Below are positions 22,071 through 30,206 of a DNA stretch of 32,000 nucleotides, in pieces. Made by a program: the position numbers and the translations under genes. The DNA lies in the IMG/VR virus record IMGVR_UViG_3300037608_000250, positions 2,590-34,589 of that record; one strand, given 5' to 3'. Position 1 is the stretch's first letter; each line of letters starts with the position of its first letter. The DNA comes from a virus. Under the pieces are notes generated by a model, which saw only the letters and a program-made list of their open reading frames with translations, was not told where the DNA came from and did not search any database.

Positions 22071-22084
22071 GTTGAGGTTGGGCA

Positions 22085-22612
22085 ATGATCGAATGCAATC
22101 AGAAAGAATTGTCGAGGATCCTTGGCCTTTCGGACCGGCGGGTACGCCAGATGGCGGAGGACGGTCTTTTCGAGCGCGATCCGGTGACGAAGAAATACAA
22201 CCTGCCGAAATGCGTACAGGAATTCATCCGATACAAAGTGGAGCTGGAATCGACGGCGCCAATCGCTGTGAACTTCGAAACTGAACGGGCTGAGCACGAG
22301 CGGGTAAAGAAGGATATCGCCAAGCTCAAGCTCCGGCGATACCGCGGCGAGCTCCATGAAGCTTCTGAGATCGAGGCTGAGCTCAGCGACATGCTGATCC
22401 GGTTCCGTGGCAAGATTTTGGCCATTCCAACCAAGCTCGCTCCGCAGCTGCTGGGAATGACTGATCCGAACACTATTGTCCGGATACTGAAGAACGAACT
22501 TCGGGAAACCTTGACGGAACTCTCCGGATATAATCCGGTCGTCAAAGAGCCCCTCAGGGAAGAGATTGATGATGAAGGAGAAGACAGCGAATCTGATTCG
22601 GCGGATCTGTAG
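22085..22612 (+). CDS. Terminase small subunit (Nu1-like, N-terminal HTH)
   Basis: CNQKELSRILGLSDRRVRQMAEDGLF...KYNLPKCVQEFIRYK resembles the Nu1 N-terminal wHTH. Acidic C-terminus. Lies directly upstream of a GpA-type TerL. Confidence 0.7.
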   Translation: MIECNQKELSRILGLSDRRVRQMAEDGLFERDPVTKKYNLPKCVQEFIRYKVELESTAPIAVNFETERAEHERVKKDIAKLKLRRYRGELHEASEIEAELSDMLIRFRGKILAIPTKLAPQLLGMTDPNTIVRILKNELRETLTELSGYNPVVKEPLREEIDDEGEDSESDSADL

Positions 22613-24371
22613 GGACTGCCTGATCCCGCCTCCGGAGCTGACGGTTTCGAAGTGGGCGGAGAAGTACAGAATCCTCGACAACGCAAGCGCATACCCGGGA
22701 CGATGGAGCAACAGCGTGACGCCGTACCTTACCGGCATCATGGACGAATACTGCAACCCGTATACACGGGAGATCATCTTCTGCAAACCGACTCAGGTCG
22801 GCGGTACCGAGGCCATGCTCAATATGCTCGGATACTCGATCATGATGGACACCGCGCCCACCATGGTGGTCGAGCCTACCGACGCGCTCGCGATTTCTGT
22901 TGCGGAACACCGGTTCCAAACGATGGTCGAGAAATGCCCAGAGCTGAGGGCCTTAAAGAATGTCCGCAGGTCGCGGCGGCTCGAACAGCGGTTCTCCGGA
23001 ATGACTCTGTATTTTAACGGTGCGAACAGCCCGAGCAAACTGGCATCCAGAGCAATTAAAAACTTGTTCCTGGATGAATCGGATAAGTTCCCGGGCGCGT
23101 CCAGAAAAGAAGCGTCGCCTTACAAACTGGCGAGGGAGAGGACGAAGACATATCCTCTCAACAGAAAGATCTTCGACAACTGCACCCCGACACTGAAAAC
23201 GGGACATATATGGGACGCGAAAGAAAATGCCGACGTAGAGCGGCATTTTTTTGTGCCTTGTCCGCACTGTAAAGAAATGATCGAGCTCTTCTTCAAGCAG
23301 ATCATCTTCCCTGCCGGCGAGGGTTTGACCAACGCCGAACGCGCTGAGCAGGCACTTTACTTTTGCCAGAGCTGCGGAACCGCGATCGAGGACGCACACA
23401 AGCCGGGGATGCTCCGTTTGGGTGAATGGAGAGAGATCAGGCGCCGGATTGGAGGCAGGCTCCAGCCGAAAACGGTCGCGTTCTGGATGAACACGCTGTA
23501 TTCGCCGTTCGTGACCTGGACGGATATTGCAAGAGAGTTTCTCGATTCGAAAGACGATCCCGAAACGCTTCAGAACTTCGTCAATGCCTGGCTTGCCGAA
23601 CCCTGGGAGAATACCAAGTCCAGCACCGACGCCGATCTGGTCATGGAGAGGCAAACGGAGTACCCCGAGAATGAGGTGCCGGACTGGGCTGAGATCCTTG
23701 TCGGAGCTGCCGACGTTCAGGAAACGTCTATCTTCTGGACAATCAGGGCATGGGGCAAGCATATGACCAGCCAGAATATTGCGCACGGGCAGGCGCTGGG
23801 ACTCCACGATCTCGATGAGATTATGAACCTGTTCTACAAGAAGCGCGACGGTACCCAGATGCAGGTTGCGCTGTGCGCAATCGACTCAGGCGATCAGACC
23901 GGCGAGGTATACGAATTCTGTGCAGCGAGGGCCGAGTGGGCGATCCCGGTCAAGGGGTCGGCGAGGGCACTTCTGGGCAACTACACGATTTCAACGATTG
24001 ACAAACCGGACAGCAAAGCGCACGGCCAGCGGCTTGTGCTTATCGACACGGCAAAATACAAGAGCGCCATCGCATGGCGCCTGCGCAAGGACCCGGGACA
24101 AGGATCATGGATGGTTTTCAAGGGCTGCGATCAGGCATACGCCGAGCAGGTCACTGCGGAGCAGCTCGTTACCGGCAAGACCGGCGATACATGGGTACCG
24201 AAAACAACGCATGCAGCTAACCACTATCTCGACGCGGAAGTATATAACTTCGTGGCGGCAGACTTGTGCGGCGTGCGTTACCTCTATCTGCGGGATGCGC
24301 CTGTGGTTAAAGCGGAGCGCAACGATGAGATTCCGCAGCAGGACTGGATTCCAAACAAAAGCGACTGGTAG
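22566..24371 (+). CDS. Terminase large subunit, lambda GpA family
   Basis: 601 aa. The N-terminus LIRRICRDCLIPPPELTVSKWAEKYRIL aligns by eye with the lambda gpA N-terminus. Walker-like CKPTQVGGTEAML. The start overlaps the terS 3' end by 47 nt. Confidence 0.9.
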   Translation: MMMKEKTANLIRRICRDCLIPPPELTVSKWAEKYRILDNASAYPGRWSNSVTPYLTGIMDEYCNPYTREIIFCKPTQVGGTEAMLNMLGYSIMMDTAPTMVVEPTDALAISVAEHRFQTMVEKCPELRALKNVRRSRRLEQRFSGMTLYFNGANSPSKLASRAIKNLFLDESDKFPGASRKEASPYKLARERTKTYPLNRKIFDNCTPTLKTGHIWDAKENADVERHFFVPCPHCKEMIELFFKQIIFPAGEGLTNAERAEQALYFCQSCGTAIEDAHKPGMLRLGEWREIRRRIGGRLQPKTVAFWMNTLYSPFVTWTDIAREFLDSKDDPETLQNFVNAWLAEPWENTKSSTDADLVMERQTEYPENEVPDWAEILVGAADVQETSIFWTIRAWGKHMTSQNIAHGQALGLHDLDEIMNLFYKKRDGTQMQVALCAIDSGDQTGEVYEFCAARAEWAIPVKGSARALLGNYTISTIDKPDSKAHGQRLVLIDTAKYKSAIAWRLRKDPGQGSWMVFKGCDQAYAEQVTAEQLVTGKTGDTWVPKTTHAANHYLDAEVYNFVAADLCGVRYLYLRDAPVVKAERNDEIPQQDWIPNKSDW

Positions 24372-24383
24372 GAGTGAAGAACA

Positions 24384-24605
24384 ATGCCCGAACTGACACC
24401 GGCGCAGATGCTTGCCGAGGTGAACATCGCAATCCAGAAGATCCTCGTTGGGGGACAATCGTACCGCATCGGGTCCCGGCAGCTCAACCGTGCCGATCTT
24501 GGCATGCTTCGGCAGATGCAGCGTGAACTGGAAAACCAGGTTGTCGGCGGCGACAACGCAAACACGCTTGGTAACTTCTCAGTCGCCGAGTTCGACCGGA
24601 GGTGA
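24384..24605 (+). CDS. gpW-like head-tail joining protein
   Basis: 73 aa. AEVNIAIQKILVGGQSYRIGSRQLNRADLGMLRQMQRELE fits the gpW pattern. Its position between TerL and the portal matches lambda. Confidence 0.7.
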   Translation: MPELTPAQMLAEVNIAIQKILVGGQSYRIGSRQLNRADLGMLRQMQRELENQVVGGDNANTLGNFSVAEFDRR

Positions 24606-24611
24606 GGTTGC

Positions 24612-26105
24612 TTGAAATGGTTTGAGGACCTCATCCTCCAAATATCGCCTGAAGCGGCGTACCGAAGAGAAGCCTGGCGCAAGGGACTGGGCCTGTTACG
24701 CAACTACGACGCGGCAAAAACTGACCGTCTCAACGCCTGGCATGCCCGCAACGATTCAGCAGAATTCACTGACGCGCCTTCCCGCGATACGATTCGGGCG
24801 AGAGCAAGGGATCTGGAACGAAACAGCGACGTCGCACTCGGAATCCTGGCAGCGTTCGAACGCAACATCATCGGCGCCGGTCTCCAACTTCAGGCGAAAA
24901 CGGAAGATGAAGGCGTAAACACATCGATCGAGGATCTTTGGAAGGAATGGAGCAAGGCGCGCAATTGCGACGTCACCGGTCAGCAGAATCTAAGCGATAT
25001 TCTTCGCATGGCGGAGCGCCGCAAGCGGGTCGATGGCGGGGTGCTGATTCTTAAGCGGTACACGGACCAGGGAATCCTGCCGTTCCAATTGCAGATGATC
25101 GAGGTCGATGAGCTCGACAACATCGTCGTCACCCCAAAGGTGAGAACCAACAAGGTCCGCGGCGGTATTGAGTACAACGAATGGAACAAGCCGGTAGGCT
25201 ACTACATCCGCCAGTACGGCATCGACGGCTTCTCGATGATGCCGCCGGTATACGTCGAGGCCAAGGATGTCATTTTCTACTGGACCAAACGACGGCCGAG
25301 CCAAATCAGGGAGATCTCGGACATGTCAGCCACGGTGACCAGGGTTCGCGACATGAACCAGTTCATGGAAGCAGTCGGAGTCAAAGAACGTATTGCGGCG
25401 TGCTTTGCGCTTATGATCCGTAAGCAGGTGCCCACAGGCGGATCACTCGGCAGATCAAGCTCGCCGGTCACGGCCGACAACGGCAATGCCGGCTATCCGC
25501 CAAAAAAGATAACGCCGGGCATGATCGCAGAACTGCAACCGGGGGACGCGGTCGACACGATCTCGCCGCCGAACAGCGGCACGTCTGCTGCGGACTTCCT
25601 TCGAACACAGCAACGACTTGCGGCCGCGGGGCAAGGCCTGTCCTACGAAACTGTCAGCCGGGACATGAGCCAGGTCAACTACTCGAGTGCACGGCAGGGC
25701 TTGATCGAAGATGAAAGAACTTATGCAATCGAACGCGGCAACCTGATCGAGTCCGTCCTCGACGAAATCTATGAGACGTTCGTTATATCCCTCGTTCTTG
25801 CCGGCAAGCTGGAGATCCCGAAATTCTGGAACAACAAGCGCGCCTGGTTCAACCATGTCTGGGTCGCGCCGGCGAGGCGCTGGATCGATCCGCAGAAGGA
25901 AGCGAACGCGAACCAGATTGCATTGAAGACCGGGCAGCGGACAATCCAACAGATCGCAGCCGAGAACGGATACGACTGGCGCGAACAAATCGACGAAATG
26001 GCTGCTGCCGTCGCTTATGCGAGAACACAAGGCATTGATTTGGGAGGTGTACTGTATGGCAATCCGGAATACGCCCAGGCCGGGGCCACAATCTATCCGG
26101 ACTGA
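24612..26105 (+). CDS. Portal protein, lambda family
   Basis: 497 aa. ARARDLERNSDVALGILAAFERNIIGAGLQLQ is typical of lambda-type portals. GGAGGTGAGG SD, TTG start. Confidence 0.85.
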   Translation: MKWFEDLILQISPEAAYRREAWRKGLGLLRNYDAAKTDRLNAWHARNDSAEFTDAPSRDTIRARARDLERNSDVALGILAAFERNIIGAGLQLQAKTEDEGVNTSIEDLWKEWSKARNCDVTGQQNLSDILRMAERRKRVDGGVLILKRYTDQGILPFQLQMIEVDELDNIVVTPKVRTNKVRGGIEYNEWNKPVGYYIRQYGIDGFSMMPPVYVEAKDVIFYWTKRRPSQIREISDMSATVTRVRDMNQFMEAVGVKERIAACFALMIRKQVPTGGSLGRSSSPVTADNGNAGYPPKKITPGMIAELQPGDAVDTISPPNSGTSAADFLRTQQRLAAAGQGLSYETVSRDMSQVNYSSARQGLIEDERTYAIERGNLIESVLDEIYETFVISLVLAGKLEIPKFWNNKRAWFNHVWVAPARRWIDPQKEANANQIALKTGQRTIQQIAAENGYDWREQIDEMAAAVAYARTQGIDLGGVLYGNPEYAQAGATIYPD

Positions 26106-26118
26106 CAAAGGCGTAAAG

Positions 26119-28008
26119 ATGTTTGAAAGGCAGATCACCGGACTTCGGGCCGTTCCGGGAGAGGGAAACGAGCGATCGTTTCGCCTCTCTTTTTCGTCCG
26201 AGGACCCGTATATGCGCTGGTTTGGGCTTGAGATCCTCGACCATGGTGAGGGTGCCGTCGACCTTAGCCGGCTCAATGAGATCGGCGTTCTGCTTTTTAA
26301 TCACAACCCCGACCGAGTTGTCGGCGCCGTTGCAAAAGCCTGGTTGGATGACCGCCGCGGCGAAGCTCAGGTCACATTCGATGAAGACAGCGACGCAGAA
26401 CTGAACTTTCAGAAAGTGCAGAAAGGCACGCTCAAAGGCGCTTCTGTCCGATACGTCGTGGATATCTGGGAAGAGGTTGCGGCTGGCAAGCAAAGTACTG
26501 ACGGCCGGTATACAGGCCCTTGTTGGATTGCGCGCAAGTGGACCGTATACGAAATATCAATCGTGTCCATCCCGGCTGACGCCACAGTAGGCGTCGGCCG
26601 CCAAATGGAAATACAGAAGGAGGAAAACAGAAACATGGATCCTGAAACCACAATCGAACAGCTGCCCAAAGCCGCCGAACCTGCCTCCGAGCGGGCGGCG
26701 GTGCAGCCTGCAGTGCCCACCGTTGACGCGGAACAGGTAAGGGTTGCCGAACGCGCCCGCGTGACGGAGATCACCGACATCTGCCGTTCGTTCGACCTTA
26801 GTCCGGATGAACACATCAGAAGCGGCCGGTCCGTCGACGAAGTGCGCAAACAGGTGGTCGAACACCTGAAGGAAAACAAGAAACCCGTGTCCGGATCCGT
26901 CGAGGGCGGCGTTGATGAGACGGAGAAGATCCGTGCGGCGGCGCGAGACGGCCTTCTGCTTCGCGGCGGTCTGCCGGTCGAAAAGCCTGCGCCCGGTGCG
27001 AACGAATTCCGCAGCATGCGCCTGCGTGACCTCGGCATCTTCACGCTGCAGCGTGACGGCAGGCGCGTTGATCAGACGATCAGCGACGACGACCTCATGA
27101 GGCAGTTCTTCACACCCGGCGCGTCGTTCCCGGCGATCCTTGACCAGACAGTCAACCTGGCGTACATGCTCGGGTACGCGCATGCGCCGGCGACGTTCGA
27201 TGTCTGGACCCAGAAAGGTACGCTCTCAGACTTCAAGCCGACCAAAGGGTATTACCAGGGCGGGGCAGGCGATTTCATCAAGGTCCCGGAGAACGGCGAG
27301 CTCAAACACGACATCCCCGTGGACAACTTGGCGCCTTCACGGCAGCTGGAGACCTACGGCCGGCAATTCACGCTCTCGAGGCAGACGTTCATCAACGATG
27401 ACATCGGCTTCATCACCAGCGTGCCCGCCCGCTATGCAGCCGCCGCCAAACGCACGATCAACAAGCAGGTGTATACCATCCTTGCCGGCAACGCCGCTCA
27501 TACCGACGGCGTGAACGTGTTCGACGCTACGCGGTACAACTACGTCGCAAGCGGCACGGCGCCTGCCCTGACGTCTCTGCAGGAGATGATCAAGCTTCTC
27601 GCTTTGCAGAAAGATCCTGCCGGCGAACCGCTGGCTTTCATACCGCGGTACGTCTTGGTGCCCGTCGGCCTTGGGGATCCGGTACGCCAGATCATCGCAT
27701 CGACGACTATTGCCGTCAACGTCGGCGGCGTCATCACGGCGCAGAACAACCCGCTCGTCAACCGCGGCCTCGAGGTCGTGGAGGAAGCATACCTGAACAT
27801 CCTCGGCGACGCGATCGAGTGGTACCTTGTCGCCGACAAATCGTCCGCAACGTTCGTTCAGGTAGATTATCTCAACGGACAGGAGATTCCGACGATTCGC
27901 CGCATGGAAACACCCGGGGTGCTCGGGTTCATCTGGGACATCATTCTCGACTGGAGCGTTACGGTTCTCGAGCCGAAAGCCGCCGTCAAGAATGAAGGTC
28001 ATGCCTGA
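26119..28008 (+). CDS. Prohead serine protease (S78, HK97-type) fused to an HK97-fold major capsid protein
   Basis: N-terminus FSSEDPYMRWFGLEILDHGEGAVDLSRLNEIGVLLFNHNPDRVVG is S78-like. An acidic/Ala-Pro linker is followed by a ~330-aa capsid-like domain. ATG 26119 lies just after the portal stop, and I prefer it over the ORF-track start at 26017. Confidence 0.75.
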   Translation: MFERQITGLRAVPGEGNERSFRLSFSSEDPYMRWFGLEILDHGEGAVDLSRLNEIGVLLFNHNPDRVVGAVAKAWLDDRRGEAQVTFDEDSDAELNFQKVQKGTLKGASVRYVVDIWEEVAAGKQSTDGRYTGPCWIARKWTVYEISIVSIPADATVGVGRQMEIQKEENRNMDPETTIEQLPKAAEPASERAAVQPAVPTVDAEQVRVAERARVTEITDICRSFDLSPDEHIRSGRSVDEVRKQVVEHLKENKKPVSGSVEGGVDETEKIRAAARDGLLLRGGLPVEKPAPGANEFRSMRLRDLGIFTLQRDGRRVDQTISDDDLMRQFFTPGASFPAILDQTVNLAYMLGYAHAPATFDVWTQKGTLSDFKPTKGYYQGGAGDFIKVPENGELKHDIPVDNLAPSRQLETYGRQFTLSRQTFINDDIGFITSVPARYAAAAKRTINKQVYTILAGNAAHTDGVNVFDATRYNYVASGTAPALTSLQEMIKLLALQKDPAGEPLAFIPRYVLVPVGLGDPVRQIIASTTIAVNVGGVITAQNNPLVNRGLEVVEEAYLNILGDAIEWYLVADKSSATFVQVDYLNGQEIPTIRRMETPGVLGFIWDIILDWSVTVLEPKAAVKNEGHA

Positions 28009-28026
28009 TAAGGAGGAAATAAGATC

Positions 28027-28503
28027 ATGGCCAAAGCAACGTATTACCAGAGAGGTGAAAACCTCGATTACCGCAACACCGGCGTGACAAAGATCGATGC
28101 CGGTACCATCGTAGTGGTAGGCGGCCGCGTCGGTGTCATCAGCGGCGACATCCCTGCGGGTGGTGTCGGCGTACTCCACACCGAAGGCTGTTTCTTCTTC
28201 GATCTCGCTTCAACCGCTGTCGGCGTGTCGCCGTTGGGCACCGCCATCTACGTCGACGGATCCCAGAAAGCGACGACGGCAGCCGGAAGCAACACGCTGG
28301 CGGGCTTCGCGGCGGCTCCGATCGCCATCGGCGACACGCGGGTACTGGTCAAGCTCAACGCAACCGGTCCAGTTGGTCCGGCGGCACAGGAAGCGGCAAA
28401 CCAGGCTGCGAGCACGGCGTCGACCGTTGAGGGTCTCAAGACGGACTTCAACGCTCTCCTGGCAAAACTCAAGGCAGCCGCTCTGATGGCAGCCGATGTT
28501 TAG
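28027..28503 (+). CDS. DUF2190-family head decoration protein
   Basis: AAGGAGG SD. YYQRGENLDYRNTG...IDAGTIVVVGGRVGVISGDIPAGGVGVLHTEGCF...VLVKLN fits DUF2190. Ala/Gln-rich C-terminal extension. Confidence 0.7.
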   Translation: MAKATYYQRGENLDYRNTGVTKIDAGTIVVVGGRVGVISGDIPAGGVGVLHTEGCFFFDLASTAVGVSPLGTAIYVDGSQKATTAAGSNTLAGFAAAPIAIGDTRVLVKLNATGPVGPAAQEAANQAASTASTVEGLKTDFNALLAKLKAAALMAADV

Positions 28504-28732
28504 CGGCAGAGTCATCACCAACCGCGCTATTCTCTACGATGGACGGGTCATTCCATCAAACACCGAGATCCCCGGGTGCCCTGCACATTTGGTCGAGGCA
28601 TTCCTCCGGGCGAATCCACCCTCGGTGCGTGTCGAAGCTGCCGGTGAGATGCCGGCGGCTTCGACCGTCGAACAGACCGAACCGGATGAACAGAAGCGAC
28701 CAACCGGTAGAAGGAAGAAGGGTTCCGGATGA
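28496..28732 (+). CDS. Hypothetical head-module protein (78 aa)
   Basis: The start overlaps the upstream stop. No family recognised. Confidence 0.4.
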   Translation: MFSGRVITNRAILYDGRVIPSNTEIPGCPAHLVEAFLRANPPSVRVEAAGEMPAASTVEQTEPDEQKRPTGRRKKGSG

Positions 28733-29058
28733 ATTTCAAGGATGTCCTCAAAGAAGATGTCACGACCGCATTTTTCTGCGAGGGCGAGTTTGCCGGCCGC
28801 AACGACGGGCATCCACATACGTGGGACGGTCTGCCGGTCAATGCCATCGTGGACCAAAACGAACTCGAGCTCCGGTTTGGAGCGGAATACCAGTCGTTCC
28901 CGGCCGGCACCATCCTTGTGTTCATACCAGCGTCTGAAATTGCCACACCGGTTTACGGATCCGCACACCGTTTCGACGGCGCTGCAATGACGGTGTGGAA
29001 TGTTTCCGAAGAGATGGGCTTGTACGCCGTGGTGCTCATGACGGGGAGCATCAGATGA
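28729..29058 (+). CDS. Hypothetical head-completion/connector protein (by position only)
   Basis: ATGA overlaps with both neighbouring genes. No family recognised. Confidence 0.45.
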   Translation: MNFKDVLKEDVTTAFFCEGEFAGRNDGHPHTWDGLPVNAIVDQNELELRFGAEYQSFPAGTILVFIPASEIATPVYGSAHRFDGAAMTVWNVSEEMGLYAVVLMTGSIR

Positions 29059-29555
29059 TCAGCATCAAACTCGAACTGGATACCAAATTCACTAAATCGA
29101 TGAAGAAGCTGCTCTCCGAGAAACAGTACGACGCGGCATCAAAGCGGTCGATGGTCAGGGCTATCACCGAAGGGTACACGGCGGGTAACCGCGCAATCTC
29201 TTCCGAATACACCATCAAGTTGGGCGACGTTCGGAGCCTGTCGGTGGCGAGGCCGGCGAAGGGCATGATCTCGTACGGCGAGGGTAAACGGGGCAGGATG
29301 CTAACCACGGCGCATTTTCGGGTAACCCCTGCGGAAAGCCAGGCAGCGAAGCCACGACCTGCCAAGCGCAGGCACAAGCTGACGATCAAGAGAAGAGCCA
29401 TCACGAGATGGTTCATCATTCCGGGCAAGGCAAGCAAAGTGCTGTGGAAGCGCACGGGACCGGGACGTAAAGACGTGCTGCCCGTCAAAGCCGTATCGAT
29501 TGCCGAGATGGCAAACGTACGGGTGCAGAAGACGGTCCAAGACAAAATGCAATAA
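29055..29555 (+). CDS. Lambda gpZ-like minor tail/tail-completion protein, apparently truncated by a TAA
   Basis: Its layout and basic central stretch (AAKPRPAKRRHKLTIKRR...VLWKRTGPGRKDVLPVKAVSI) parallel lambda gpZ as I remember it. ATG 29055 forms an ATGA overlap with the upstream stop. Confidence 0.55.
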   Translation: MISIKLELDTKFTKSMKKLLSEKQYDAASKRSMVRAITEGYTAGNRAISSEYTIKLGDVRSLSVARPAKGMISYGEGKRGRMLTTAHFRVTPAESQAAKPRPAKRRHKLTIKRRAITRWFIIPGKASKVLWKRTGPGRKDVLPVKAVSIAEMANVRVQKTVQDKMQ

Positions 29556-29627
29556 AGTTATGAAAAGCGGTTTGAGCACGAGGTGAAACGAATCCTCGAG
29601 CGTGCCGGTGCAAAGTGAGGCGATTCA

Positions 29628-30206
29628 ATGACGCCGTTTATGGTGCTCGAGGCGTTTAAGCGTCTGCTGTCGGAACAACTGACTGCGCACGAATACAAGC
29701 TTCGCGTTTCGACCGATGCCGACATACGCAATCAGAGTGGACCGGCACCGGGGACAAATGAGGAACGTTTGGCGGTGCCCGGTGTTTACCCTGGGAACCT
29801 GCCGCACACCAATTTCGTCGCGGAGTTCCCTGACGCTTTTTATATGAGCGCGCCATACGTCCTCATTGGCCTTGTCAACGCCGAGGACGACTACAGCGAA
29901 GGACGGATGAGCTTGCTCTTCCAAGTCTGCACGTACTCGCAGGACGATTATCCTGCGGTACAGGGGAAACCCTCAACGCCGGACCATATGGCTTATCTAG
30001 ATGCGCTCAACCTGCTGCAGTTCATCAAAAGCGCGATCATGAGCAATCGGGTAGCTGGGTTTATCTTCATCGACAAACCGATCCGGACGGGCATGTACGC
30101 AACGCAAGCCATGACCTGGCCGTATGCGTTTGGATACCTTTCCATAGACGTGGAAGTACCCGGCGAATCGCCGGCCGATTTATTTGAAGGGGTGAAAATC
30201 GATTGA
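29628..30206 (+). CDS. Hypothetical protein; tail terminator/completion candidate by position upstream of the sheath gene
   Basis: 192 aa, GTGAGG SD, and the stop overlaps the sheath start. Confidence 0.45.
   Translation: MTPFMVLEAFKRLLSEQLTAHEYKLRVSTDADIRNQSGPAPGTNEERLAVPGVYPGNLPHTNFVAEFPDAFYMSAPYVLIGLVNAEDDYSEGRMSLLFQVCTYSQDDYPAVQGKPSTPDHMAYLDALNLLQFIKSAIMSNRVAGFIFIDKPIRTGMYATQAMTWPYAFGYLSIDVEVPGESPADLFEGVKID

Noticed and set aside
24603-24614. gpW and the portal are in the same frame, separated by TGA; considered as a fifth read-through case.
   Set aside because: The portal has its own strong GGAGGTGAGG SD and TTG start, and its N-terminus looks complete. Sharing a frame is expected by chance in one of three junctions.
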